From a virus (taxonomy: Duplodnaviria > Caudoviricetes), in the IMG/VR virus record IMGVR_UViG_3300030055_000003: a stretch of 64,000 nt of DNA; one strand, written 5' to 3'. The translations under genes were made by a program, and so were the position numbers. Position 1 is the first letter of the stretch; every line of letters begins with the position of its first letter. Positions 18,541 through 29,019 of this stretch are shown here, in pieces. The notes under the pieces were generated by a model, which did not search any database, had not been told where the DNA came from, and saw only the letters and a list, made by a program, of their open reading frames with translations.

Positions 18541-19431
18541 ATGGCAAATGCAGTAAAAAATAAATTAACATGTACTTGTTGTGGACAAGAATCTAGTGAG
18601 AGAAACTTTTATATAAGTAAATCATTTATATATAAAGCCAATTCTCATTTACCTATTTGTAAAACATGTTTAGGAGATTTATACGATAAGTATTATAGCA
18701 AGTATCAAGATTATAAATTAGCTTTATATTACATGTGTAGAGCAGTAAGTATATGCTTTAATCTAGGTAGTTATAATGCTGTTTTACAAGAAATTCAGAA
18801 CGGGAAAACAACAAATGTATGGCAAATATATATGACCAAGTTAAATAGTCTTGGTGGGAAAAATGGTGCTGGGGACGATTTCGATTCTAGTGATGATGTA
18901 AATGTTGTGGCACAGATAGAAGACTCAAATGAAGAACGAGGACTTAGTAAAGATATACTCATTAAGTGGGGCAATGGATATAATGATGATGATTATATAT
19001 GGCTAGAAAACACATATAATGAATGGGTTGGAAAATATAAGAGTGACACATTATCAGAACAAAAAACTTTTAAACTTCTTGCTATCAAAGAATTTCAAAT
19101 AATGAAAGCAGTTGAGAAGAATAGTAATACTGATAAATTAGAAGAAACTTATCTTAAATTAATGTCAGCAGGTAATGTTACTCCTAGAGATGCTAATGCT
19201 TCAATGGACGATGAAAATACAAAAGGACTTGGAGTTTGGACTAAAGACATTGAAAAGTATAGACCAGCAGAATATTTTGCAGACAAAAAATTATATAAAG
19301 ACTATGATAGTTTAATTGATTACTTAAATAGGTTTGTATTCAGACCTATTAAAAATTTATTAATGAAAACTAAAGAATATGATGGAGAGTTCTCAATAGA
19401 AGATGACTTCAAAGTTGGTGGTGAAGATTAA
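18541..19431 (+). CDS. Zn-finger protein upstream of TerL; putative terminase small subunit (YonG-like)
   Basis: CTCCG...FY.S.S....HLPICKTC; immediately precedes terminase large subunit. Confidence 0.5.
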   Translation: MANAVKNKLTCTCCGQESSERNFYISKSFIYKANSHLPICKTCLGDLYDKYYSKYQDYKLALYYMCRAVSICFNLGSYNAVLQEIQNGKTTNVWQIYMTKLNSLGGKNGAGDDFDSSDDVNVVAQIEDSNEERGLSKDILIKWGNGYNDDDYIWLENTYNEWVGKYKSDTLSEQKTFKLLAIKEFQIMKAVEKNSNTDKLEETYLKLMSAGNVTPRDANASMDDENTKGLGVWTKDIEKYRPAEYFADKKLYKDYDSLIDYLNRFVFRPIKNLLMKTKEYDGEFSIEDDFKVGGED

Positions 19432-19433
19432 TA

Positions 19434-21224
19434 ATGGCTAACAACTTTAAAACAGCAAGACAAAATAATGCAAAAAAAACCAATATACATGAAAAACCTA
19501 GACAACAAGAAAAGAAACAAGAAAAAACTTTTGATTATACAGAAAGGCTAATAGATTGGATTACATTCTATAGACGTAATTTACATAGAGCTGTTCAACA
19601 TTATTTACAACTAGATTTACATTTATATCAAGCTATAGCATTATACCTAATGAATATATGCCCATTAGTAGTAATAGTTGCATGTAGAGCTTCTGCAAAA
19701 TCATATATTATAGCTATTTTTGCATGTATAAAAGCGATACTTTATCCAAATTCATTAATTGTTATAGCATCAGCCACAAAAAAACAAGCATCTTTAATTG
19801 TAACTGAAAAAATAGTTAAAGAATTAATGCCAAAGTCTCCTAATTTAAGGAGGGAAATTAAACAAATTAAAACAAGTGGTAATGAAACTGAGGTAATGTT
19901 TGTTAATGGAAGTTCAATAGTTGTTGTTCCTGCAACAGATAATGCGAGAGGATACAGGGCTACTTGCTTGGTATATGAAGAATTTCGGATGATTAAAAAA
20001 GATATTATAGATTTTGTATTATCACCATTTTTAATTATACGTCAAGTACCATATTTGAATAATCCAGAATATGAACATTTAAAAGAAGAACCTACTGAAA
20101 TATATATAAGTTCAGCATATTTTGCACAACATTGGATGTCTAAAATGATAAAATTATCAGTAACTGATATGTATAAAAAATCAGAAGCTCTCTTTTTAGC
20201 ATTTGATTATTCTATTACATTAAAACATAATATACGTACAAGAAAACAATTAATTAAAGAAAAGAAAAAATTAGGAACGGTTGCGTATGCAATGGAGTAT
20301 GAAAACACAATGGTTGGTCAAGGAGAAGATGCTTTCTATTCGTTTGATTTAATGAATAATGCACAAAGTATGAAAAAAGCCTTTTATCCAAGAACTACTC
20401 AAGACGTATTAGAAAAGAAGAAAAATCCACATGACATACCTAAACAAAATGGTGAAAAAAGATTAATTTCGGTTGATATAGCTATGGTTAATAATGATAA
20501 AAATGATAATACAGTTATAACCTGTATTAGAGCTTTGCCGAGCGGAGATATCTATGAAAGACAAATACCATATATTGAAGCTTTCAAAGGAGATAATACA
20601 ACAGTACAAGCAACAAGAATCAAAGAAATATTTTATGATTTTGATGCAGATATATTAGTATTAGATACTCAGAATGCAGGATTATCAATAGCAGATGAAT
20701 TAGGTAAAATAACTTATTCAGAAGAAAGAGATAAAGAATACCCTCCATTTAAATGCTTTAATGATGAAGATGTTGCTAAAAGAATTAAAAATAAAGATGC
20801 TTTGCCTGTATTATTTAGTTATAAAGGTCAATCAAAAATTAATGAACAAATGCATTATGCTATGAAAGATGCATTAGATAGGAAGAAATTAAAACTATTA
20901 ATTAATGCTGTTCAAGCGAGAGACTATTTAGATACTAAACCATTTTATAATAAAAAAGATATTGGACTTGAACAACAAGTATTATATGAACTTGTTTATG
21001 TACAAACAGATTTATTGATAAATGAAATGGTAGGTTTAAATCAAACTATAAGTAAAGGTTGTTTAGCACTTGAAGAACCTACAGCCTCAGCAACAAAAGA
21101 TAGATATATTTCATTAGCAATGGGAAATTATTTAATCAAACAATGGGAATTGGATTTACAAGAAAAAGATAGTGAAGAATCTTGGTCAGACGCCCCATCA
21201 TTTGTAACCTCATACACGTTCTAA
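19434..21224 (+). CDS. terL: Terminase large subunit (YonF-like)
   Basis: ACRASAKS (Walker A-like), VYEEFRMI (Walker B), ISVDIA and KDRYISL nuclease motifs. Confidence 0.85.
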   Translation: MANNFKTARQNNAKKTNIHEKPRQQEKKQEKTFDYTERLIDWITFYRRNLHRAVQHYLQLDLHLYQAIALYLMNICPLVVIVACRASAKSYIIAIFACIKAILYPNSLIVIASATKKQASLIVTEKIVKELMPKSPNLRREIKQIKTSGNETEVMFVNGSSIVVVPATDNARGYRATCLVYEEFRMIKKDIIDFVLSPFLIIRQVPYLNNPEYEHLKEEPTEIYISSAYFAQHWMSKMIKLSVTDMYKKSEALFLAFDYSITLKHNIRTRKQLIKEKKKLGTVAYAMEYENTMVGQGEDAFYSFDLMNNAQSMKKAFYPRTTQDVLEKKKNPHDIPKQNGEKRLISVDIAMVNNDKNDNTVITCIRALPSGDIYERQIPYIEAFKGDNTTVQATRIKEIFYDFDADILVLDTQNAGLSIADELGKITYSEERDKEYPPFKCFNDEDVAKRIKNKDALPVLFSYKGQSKINEQMHYAMKDALDRKKLKLLINAVQARDYLDTKPFYNKKDIGLEQQVLYELVYVQTDLLINEMVGLNQTISKGCLALEEPTASATKDRYISLAMGNYLIKQWELDLQEKDSEESWSDAPSFVTSYTF

Positions 21225-21294
21225 AACTAATTAATAAAACGACACTAACATCTAAACAAATTAAAATAAAAAATAAAAAGGAGGTGAAAGCGAT

Positions 21295-22998
21295 TTGCCT
21301 ACAAAGAAAGAAAAGACAATAATTTCAGTAGAAGTAGCGAATGAAATATTAGATGCTTCACAACCAATAACTCTAGTTCCAAATGAAAATAAAGAATATA
21401 CTGCGTTTGCATCAACTCATGTAAAAACTGGTGATGAATTAGATTTTGAACAAGCATCTTATAATTTTAGTACAAATCAACATCTAATAAATAAGATAGT
21501 TCAAAATGAAAATCATTGCTATAGTACATCAATAGAAGATTTAAATATGTTAGCACGAGGGACACAAAATAATATTGACAAAGTATTGAAAATAAATAGT
21601 TTGATTAAGTATTATGCTAATAAAAATGATTTAGTTGGTATTGTTATTGGAACTATAGAAAATAATGTAAATACAAATTATAAGATATCGTATCCTAAAT
21701 TACCTGATAATGTAAAAAAGAAAAATAAATTAAAAGATAAAGTTGATACTATATTGAGTAATTTCATTGACAATGTAGATTTAAAACTTCAAATAAGAAA
21801 AGAAGGAATGTCAACATTTACGCAAGGAACATATTTTACTTATTTGAGAAGTAATAATGATGGTACATACGGAATATCTACATATCCATTAGGATTAGTT
21901 GATTTTACTGATTATACCATTGATGGAGAACCTGTTATATATATGGATATGATAAAATTAAGAAGTTCGTTAGCAACTACTCAATCGAAATATAAGACAA
22001 TAAAATCTAGCTTTATTAATTTTTCAGATAAAATAGAAGATGAAATACAAAAAAATTATCCACCAGAAGTATATGACGCATATATCAATAATTATAAATG
22101 GGCAATATTAAATCCTCAAAGAACTGGCATACATAGAATAAATGAGTTAGATGGTATATATGGAGTGTCACCTATATTTAAGGCTTTAAATGCGTTACTT
22201 ATGCTTGAAACTATAGATAATATAGATAGGGAAAATATACTAGCTAGGTCAAAGAAGATATTCTATCAAAAGACTAGAAAAGAAATATTAGGAACTAATG
22301 GTGATAAAACAAAAAACTTTGCAGAATTGAAATTTGCTCAAGATGAATTAGTTAAAGCTATGAGTCAAAAGATTGTAATATACACATCTCCTGCTTATAT
22401 TGAGGATTTACAAATAATAGAACCTAAAGCTGAATTAGTTAGTCAAGAAGTTATAGCAAGATATAAAAATCAAGTATTAAATAGTTTAGGAATATCATTT
22501 TTAAGTAATGAAGCTAAGTCATCTTTTAATACTGTGCAAGTTTCAGTTGATGAATTATTAAAAACAGTTAATAAAGTAGTTTATCAGTTTGAGAATACAT
22601 TAAATAAATATATTAAAGTTATTTGTCAAGAGAATGGAATCGATTCTAACTATATCCCAGTAATTAATATTGAAAAATCTGAACTATTATCAGATGATGC
22701 AAAACTGAAGTTAGTTGAAATTTTATTTTCAAAAATGGGTATGTCTTATTCTACTATCTTTGAGATGTTAGGTATGGATTATAATACTGAGGTCGAAAGA
22801 CGAAAAGCTGAAAACGCTGATGATATAGAAAATGTCTTTAGCCCACATATTACTTCATATACTTCAAGCGATAGTGAAAAGGGTGATATAACTGGTACTA
22901 ATACTATAGACACAACAACTAATACAAATGGTTCAATTAAAAATACCAACCTAGATAAAAATGCAAATGATAAAGCATTAAAAGATGGTCAATTATAA
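21295..22998 (+). CDS. Portal protein (YonE-like)
   Basis: 567 aa directly after TerL; YGVSPIFKAL, LNSLGISFL, GMSYSTIFEMLGMDY patterns. Confidence 0.65.
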   Translation: MPTKKEKTIISVEVANEILDASQPITLVPNENKEYTAFASTHVKTGDELDFEQASYNFSTNQHLINKIVQNENHCYSTSIEDLNMLARGTQNNIDKVLKINSLIKYYANKNDLVGIVIGTIENNVNTNYKISYPKLPDNVKKKNKLKDKVDTILSNFIDNVDLKLQIRKEGMSTFTQGTYFTYLRSNNDGTYGISTYPLGLVDFTDYTIDGEPVIYMDMIKLRSSLATTQSKYKTIKSSFINFSDKIEDEIQKNYPPEVYDAYINNYKWAILNPQRTGIHRINELDGIYGVSPIFKALNALLMLETIDNIDRENILARSKKIFYQKTRKEILGTNGDKTKNFAELKFAQDELVKAMSQKIVIYTSPAYIEDLQIIEPKAELVSQEVIARYKNQVLNSLGISFLSNEAKSSFNTVQVSVDELLKTVNKVVYQFENTLNKYIKVICQENGIDSNYIPVINIEKSELLSDDAKLKLVEILFSKMGMSYSTIFEMLGMDYNTEVERRKAENADDIENVFSPHITSYTSSDSEKGDITGTNTIDTTTNTNGSIKNTNLDKNANDKALKDGQL

Positions 22999-23034
22999 TA
23001 AATAAATATATTTGAAGGGAGGTGAGGAGAATAA

Positions 23035-24666
23035 ATGGAAGATAATAAATTGATTTTAAATGGAGAATTATTAGCACTTTCCTCAAATGACAACGGGGAT
23101 TTAATAGGTAAATTTTTAATATGTCCACTTGATGAATCAAATTTAAACGGAGTAGGACTTCGTGAATCTGACTTATCACAAGATGAATTATTAGGACTAG
23201 CTACAAGACCAGTTCAATGCAAAGTAATTGATAGAAATGGAACATTGGATTTTGGCAGTCATGAGGCAAAACTAACATATGTAAAAGACGAAAATGGAAA
23301 TTTAGTTAAAAAATATGTTTTTGATACTCAATCGGTTGGTTATCATACAGAAGTTTCAGTAGAAAATATTGAAATTGATGGAATAACTAAAAGGTGTATT
23401 GTTGCTATAGCTACAATTTGGGCTAGATATGAAAATGTTATTTCAGTAATTAATAGATTAGGAGAATCCTTACATACAAGTTGGGAAATTGCATACTCAG
23501 AATATTATATGGATGAAGGTATTAAATGGATAAAGGGTTTAAATTGGCTTTCAAATTGTTTATTGGGAAGTAATATTTGTCCTGCTTATGGCGATGCTGG
23601 ATTGCTTGAAGTAGCAGAAGAAGACCAAGAAATCCAATTATCTAATGCAATCATTGAAGATAATAACAAAATAGAAGTGGCTAATAAAATTAACGAACCT
23701 AATATAGAACAATTTACTAATACAATTATAAGTAATCAAACTGACGAAAATTCAGTTGATAATAAATTAAACAATGAAAATTCGCAATGTAATGAAGGAG
23801 GAAATAAAAAAATGGCAAATAAAAAGAAAAGTAAACAAATAGAAAATTCATCTTTAACTATTGGGGATGTTTATCAAGCTATTTATAATGCATTATGGGA
23901 TAGTGAATATGACCCAGATACAGTAATAATTCATCCAGTAGAACAAGAGATATTAATTCATCAATATGGTGATTTGGAAGAAAATTATATTCAAATTTCA
24001 TATACAATTAATGAAGATGGAACAGTTACTTTAGGTGATGGCACATGTGTTGCTATGGTATTTATGCCACAATCAACATATAATATGCAATGTTGTGAAT
24101 CAACACTAGCTAAAGAGAAAGCAACTAAGGAATTAGATGAAGCTAACTCAACATGTAAGAAAAAGGATGAAGAAATGTCAGAGTTAAAAAAAACAATAGA
24201 AACACAAAAAACTGAATTATCTTCAAAGATTAGTTCTATAGTAGATCTAGGTAAAAATATTTCCGAAAAGGAAACTGTAATTGCTGAAAAAGATGAATTA
24301 CTTCAAACTAAAGAATTGGAACTTTCTGAATTAAAACCTTTTAAAGAAGAATTAGATAAAATAAATGCAGAAAAAGAAGCTTTAGAAATAGCTGAAAAGA
24401 AAGAAGCATTTAAAAATGAATATTTAGGAACTAAATTAATTTCTGAAAAAGATTTGGAAATTGCAGAAGTAAAAGAAGCTATTGATACTATGGATAATTC
24501 TAAAATAGAAATATTTATAGCTCAAAAGGTAATTGCAAAAGCAAAAGCTGGAAAACCACAAGTTGAAGTTTCAGAAATAGTAAAAGAACAAAAAGTTGAG
24601 GTTGTTTTAAGTTCAGTAAATGATGATAGTAATGAACTTAACTTTTCAGAAATGAATTGGAAATAA
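23035..24666 (+). CDS. Prohead protease/scaffold fusion (YonD-like)
   Basis: N-terminal GYHTEV...IWARY...TSWEI...CLLG protease-like domain and K/E coiled-coil C-terminus; between portal and capsid. Confidence 0.55.
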   Translation: MEDNKLILNGELLALSSNDNGDLIGKFLICPLDESNLNGVGLRESDLSQDELLGLATRPVQCKVIDRNGTLDFGSHEAKLTYVKDENGNLVKKYVFDTQSVGYHTEVSVENIEIDGITKRCIVAIATIWARYENVISVINRLGESLHTSWEIAYSEYYMDEGIKWIKGLNWLSNCLLGSNICPAYGDAGLLEVAEEDQEIQLSNAIIEDNNKIEVANKINEPNIEQFTNTIISNQTDENSVDNKLNNENSQCNEGGNKKMANKKKSKQIENSSLTIGDVYQAIYNALWDSEYDPDTVIIHPVEQEILIHQYGDLEENYIQISYTINEDGTVTLGDGTCVAMVFMPQSTYNMQCCESTLAKEKATKELDEANSTCKKKDEEMSELKKTIETQKTELSSKISSIVDLGKNISEKETVIAEKDELLQTKELELSELKPFKEELDKINAEKEALEIAEKKEAFKNEYLGTKLISEKDLEIAEVKEAIDTMDNSKIEIFIAQKVIAKAKAGKPQVEVSEIVKEQKVEVVLSSVNDDSNELNFSEMNWK

Positions 24667-24756
24667 GTTAAAACTAAGAGGTTTGAGATATAGCTTCTTT
24701 TTTATTGTAAAAAATAATATTAAAAAATTAAAATTATGAAAGCGAGGAAATAAATT

Positions 24757-25218
24757 ATGTTAAGAAATTTACAAACAAACGGAAATGGTGCAAGTAATGG
24801 TCAAAATAAAGCTTCAGTTGATATGGTAAGGGGGTCTTTTGTTACTGCTGATGAAGCAACAAAAACATTAGCACTTGCAACAGGTATCGCAGGCGTTAAA
24901 ATCGTAGATAGAGGAACTAAATTAACAGTATCAGTTGCACAAAATTTTGCAATATCACCTTATGACGCCGATCAAGATACAATTTTAGCTGGTGAAAGAG
25001 GATATTTAAATGATTTAGAAGGTAGATGGGCAACATCAATGTACGATTCAACAGTAAATTCAGTATTGGCAATTGGTAGTTATTTAACTATAACTGCTGG
25101 TAAATTAGTAGCTTCACCTTTAAATGCAGTTACAATAATTAAATTTCTAGGATTAATTCCAGATAACGGACATACATTAGCTGGATTTGAAATAGATGCT
25201 ACAGTAAAATTAGCTTAA
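24757..25218 (+). CDS. Putative head decoration protein (YonC-like)
   Basis: 153 aa, G/A/V/T-rich, directly before capsid gene. Confidence 0.5.
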   Translation: MLRNLQTNGNGASNGQNKASVDMVRGSFVTADEATKTLALATGIAGVKIVDRGTKLTVSVAQNFAISPYDADQDTILAGERGYLNDLEGRWATSMYDSTVNSVLAIGSYLTITAGKLVASPLNAVTIIKFLGLIPDNGHTLAGFEIDATVKLA

Positions 25219-25273
25219 TAAATTAAAAACAATATTAACAAAAATAAATTAAAATTATGAAAGCGAGGAAATA

Positions 25274-26269
25274 ATGATGAATATAGAATTAAGTAATCAC
25301 GTAAAAGAAAGAGGTACTATGTATGAATGGGCAGAAAAAGTAGTAGGGAAAAAGGAACTTTCACCAGACCAAATTATAATTTCCGAATCAATGAATAAGT
25401 GGGCATTAGAAATTGCAAATAGTGGAACAACTAATGTAGCATTATCTGATTATCTACAAAGAGTTGTTCAAGAACAAATTTATGATGAACCATCACAATT
25501 ATTAGATACAATGTTTAATCAAGGTTCAATTGGAGAATTTGATGATTATAATTCAATCGGAACTTATAAAAATAATCTATTAGCACATGAAGTTTCTGAA
25601 AGAGGCGGTTCTGTTGATAAGTCTTATGTAGATTTCAGTAGATATTCAATGGTACATACAAACTTACAAATAGAAACTGAATTAAGATATGATGAACTAA
25701 GAAGAAATGGTGCTATGACAATTGCACAATTAACTCTTTATGCAATTGAATCATTACAAAATAAAAAGTTCCAATCAATATTTACTAACCTTAATACATT
25801 GTTAGTATCAGGTTCAAATGTATTTGATGCAACTGGTGGATTAACAGTTCAATTAATGGATGATTTTGCAGGTTATGTAACAGACCATTCATTTACAGGT
25901 CAACAATTAATTACTGGTTTGTCAACTGATTTAAGAGATATCAAGAATATGCCAGGATATACAGACTTCTTATCTTATACTATGAAGGATGCTTTAAACA
26001 TGGGTTCTGGTGTACTTAGTGTATATAACAGTGTTCCATTAGCTTCTATTTCTGCTGGTAAATTACTTGCAGATGGAAGCACTTTAATTCCAGCAAAAAC
26101 AATCTATGGTTTCTCAGACAAAATTGGTCAATGTGATATGAGAGGATCTTTAAGAGTCCTACAAACTCCAGACAATGCTAAAGAAGTAATCAGATTGAAA
26201 TTTACTGGATATGAATTCATTTATGCAATAGATAAATTAGAAAAAGTTTCAAAAATTAAAGTAAAATAA
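25274..26269 (+). CDS. Major capsid protein (YonB-like)
   Basis: 331 aa, position after scaffold/decoration, followed by terminator; HK97-like size and composition. Confidence 0.75.
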   Translation: MMNIELSNHVKERGTMYEWAEKVVGKKELSPDQIIISESMNKWALEIANSGTTNVALSDYLQRVVQEQIYDEPSQLLDTMFNQGSIGEFDDYNSIGTYKNNLLAHEVSERGGSVDKSYVDFSRYSMVHTNLQIETELRYDELRRNGAMTIAQLTLYAIESLQNKKFQSIFTNLNTLLVSGSNVFDATGGLTVQLMDDFAGYVTDHSFTGQQLITGLSTDLRDIKNMPGYTDFLSYTMKDALNMGSGVLSVYNSVPLASISAGKLLADGSTLIPAKTIYGFSDKIGQCDMRGSLRVLQTPDNAKEVIRLKFTGYEFIYAIDKLEKVSKIKVK

Positions 26270-26330
26270 TAAATTAAAATAAAAAAAGGGAGGAATTATT
26301 CTTCCCTTTAAATTTAAGGAGAGATATACA

Positions 26331-26945
26331 ATGATTAATAAAAAAGAAGAATTTGAAGTATTGAATTATTATGATTATCCTAAATATTTACCTAGTATGG
26401 ATGGATTAGGATATAAGATTAGTGGTCAAACAGAGAATGAAGCAGGGTTTGACTTTGTAACATTTAATGATATAAGATCAATAAATCAAAAATCAGAAGC
26501 ATTCAGAAATGGTACTTTAGAATTTGCTGAGGATGTAAAAGAAGGGTTATTTAAAGAATTAAGAATAGATATAAATAACGATAACTATTTCACTAGAAAA
26601 ATGATTGAAGATATAATACTAGACCCTAACGATGAAAAAATGATAAAAATAGTACATATAACAAGTAAAGATACTATAGATAATTTTAGAAGAATGTTAG
26701 TTAAACTTACTAATGATAATGAATATGATATAAGTAATAGAGTAAGAGAATATATAGACGGTAGAGAATATGAATTAAATCATAAGATTACAAAAAGTAC
26801 TTTACCAATCCCAAAAAGTAAAATATATATACCAATAAAAGAAGAAAATATTGAAATAGCAGTAGTTCCAGAAAATAAGGAAATTATTAGCGAAGAAATA
26901 ATAGAACCAAAAGCGAAAGTTCAAAAACCAAAATTAACAAAGTAA
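26331..26945 (+). CDS. Virion-associated hypothetical protein (YonA-like)
   Basis: Position after capsid gene, AAGGAG RBS. Confidence 0.45.
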   Translation: MINKKEEFEVLNYYDYPKYLPSMDGLGYKISGQTENEAGFDFVTFNDIRSINQKSEAFRNGTLEFAEDVKEGLFKELRIDINNDNYFTRKMIEDIILDPNDEKMIKIVHITSKDTIDNFRRMLVKLTNDNEYDISNRVREYIDGREYELNHKITKSTLPIPKSKIYIPIKEENIEIAVVPENKEIISEEIIEPKAKVQKPKLTK

Positions 26946-26975
26946 AGATAGGGTAAAAAATCTCTATCTTTTTTT
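26945..26975 (+). terminator. Rho-independent terminator
   Basis: aagataggg/tctctatctt stem plus T run. Confidence 0.6.
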
Positions 26976-26979
26976 ATAT

Positions 26980-27468
26980 TTGAAAGGAGAAGAGAGTATG
27001 GTAAAAACACCCTATCAATATGTAATAGCAAAATTCATAAAAAAGATAAAGCAAGATGTAAAATTCTTTTTATATAACGGTTTAACCGAATCAGAAGTAG
27101 AAATTATAGTGAACGAACGTTCTTTAGAATTATTAGATTCTGCTTGTGATGAGATTGAACCACAATTAGACCAATTAGTTCTATCTAGCAGAGATGATAC
27201 CTTAGAATGTTTTGATGATGAATTAACAAGAATAGAGACTGATACTATCTCAGATATGATGAAAGTTATATATATGAGAGAACCAATATTAAGATTAGCA
27301 GAATTTCAAAAATATCTTGGAACTGATATTAAAGCATGGAGTCCAGCGGATGAAAGACGAACCTATTTAGAAATATTAACTGACACAGAAGACAAAATGC
27401 AATTAAAAATTGATAAATGTAATTCAGTTAATAGAACTACAGGGAAGCCAAGGTCGTTATATGAGTGA
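26980..27468 (+). CDS. Putative head-tail adaptor
   Basis: 162 aa helical protein in neck position. Confidence 0.4.
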   Translation: MKGEESMVKTPYQYVIAKFIKKIKQDVKFFLYNGLTESEVEIIVNERSLELLDSACDEIEPQLDQLVLSSRDDTLECFDDELTRIETDTISDMMKVIYMREPILRLAEFQKYLGTDIKAWSPADERRTYLEILTDTEDKMQLKIDKCNSVNRTTGKPRSLYE

Positions 27469-28777
27469 TATAGGTAACATAATAAATTATTGCAGAACTA
27501 TAAATGGTTCTAAAGGCTTTGATGATAGAAAATCCCAATTACAATCTGAAATGACAACTGATTATAATATTGCTAGACCTAATGTAGTTACTAGATTCTC
27601 TATAATGGTCAATACAATTGATGGTAAAGATGTATATATCAATAATTCAGATACTTTAATAAGAGGCGTAATTGATGTGAAAAGACATCAAACTGCTGAT
27701 ACTGAAATGGAAGAAACTGTACAGGTATATCCTAATCAGATTAAATGTGGAGACTATTTAAAATTTAAAGTAAATGATACTGATGAGTTACGTGATTATA
27801 TAATAACTTCAAAGATAGAAAAGAAACATGGATATGATGAAGGTGTATTTAAGGAATGCAATCATTTATTGAAGTGGGTGTATAAAGGAAATTTATATGA
27901 TACACAAGTTATTATAAGTAATCAAACTAAATACACATTAGGAATTTCAACGATTGTAGCAGGCATTACCGAAGGGGATAGTAGATATGTAATTACTTTA
28001 CCATATAATTCTAAAACTCAAAATATTAAAGTTGGACAAAGATTTATATTTAATGCAAATGCTTGGAAAGTAACTCAAACTGACTTTGTAAGCGATGTGG
28101 GTTTATTGTCTATATTACTTGGTCAAGATAGTATCAATACTGAAATTGATGATGTGGATAATGAAATAGCCAACAAATGGGAAATCAAACATAACTATGA
28201 TACTACCTGTACAAATTCGTTAAGTGTTACTAAGGGTAGTGATTGTGGTTTAGTTTATTCATTTTTAGATAATGGTAATCCTATTGATAATAATTTAATA
28301 AATATAGAAAATACAAGTAACTTGATTTCAATTATTAAATCTAATGATGGTAAAATAACTATTACTGGAGTTGATATTGGAACTGGAAGTTTTAAAATTA
28401 AATTAAATCTCACTGATGAAGTTAGAGAATTTATTGTGAATTTTGAAGTAGTATCTAGTATTGTTAGTCAAGTAAATTATGAAATCAAAACAAGTAATGG
28501 ATACGTATATAGAACAAAAGAAGGTAGTACAATTTCAGCTATAAAATATGAAAATGGCGTAATTCAAAATAATTTAATAATTGAATATCAATTAGATTCA
28601 TTTGGTCAAGATTTGTTAAATAAACAAAACATATCAATTGTTAAAAAAACAGACTCTAGTTTTACAATTAGAAATCTCAATATAAATGTATTAAAAACAT
28701 TTACTATAACTATAATTGATAAAAACACAGGAGAAAAAATATTAAATAGTCAAACAATAACACTAAAAGGGATGTAA
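27461..28777 (+). CDS. Putative head-closure/neck protein with Ig-like C-terminus
   Basis: ATG at 27461 overlaps previous stop; IKCGDYLKF...GVFKECNHLLKW...GQRFIFNANAWKV pattern of SPbeta-like neck proteins. Confidence 0.45.
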   Translation: MSDIGNIINYCRTINGSKGFDDRKSQLQSEMTTDYNIARPNVVTRFSIMVNTIDGKDVYINNSDTLIRGVIDVKRHQTADTEMEETVQVYPNQIKCGDYLKFKVNDTDELRDYIITSKIEKKHGYDEGVFKECNHLLKWVYKGNLYDTQVIISNQTKYTLGISTIVAGITEGDSRYVITLPYNSKTQNIKVGQRFIFNANAWKVTQTDFVSDVGLLSILLGQDSINTEIDDVDNEIANKWEIKHNYDTTCTNSLSVTKGSDCGLVYSFLDNGNPIDNNLINIENTSNLISIIKSNDGKITITGVDIGTGSFKIKLNLTDEVREFIVNFEVVSSIVSQVNYEIKTSNGYVYRTKEGSTISAIKYENGVIQNNLIIEYQLDSFGQDLLNKQNISIVKKTDSSFTIRNLNINVLKTFTITIIDKNTGEKILNSQTITLKGM

Positions 28778-28865
28778 AATTGTATGTTAATTATAAAGAC
28801 ATTAGGATTATTTCTAGTGTCTTTACATTAGTATATAAATAAATTAATGTAAATTAAAAAAGATA

Positions 28866-29019
28866 TTGACAATCTTTGTTAAAGATGTTAATATAAATTT
28901 AGGAAGATTACTTAGTATAAGGTTCGAAACTTATACTAAGGACAGGGTTTTTCATGTGCCTTTCTTTCTTTTATAAAATACACATGAAAATAAATTATAA
29001 CATGAAGGAGATAATACAT
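28866..29019 (+). promoter_or_regulatory. sigmaA promoter plus hairpin/pseudoknot leader of endonuclease gene
   Basis: TTGACA 28866-71, 17 bp, TAATAT 28889-94; ttttcatgtg 28949-58 complements cacatgaaaa 28981-90 and acatgaa 29000-06 abutting GGAG RBS. Confidence 0.6.

Noticed and set aside
28911-28940. GGTTCGAA resembling a tRNA T-loop
   Set aside because: It is the loop of a single 10-bp hairpin; no acceptor, D or anticodon arms
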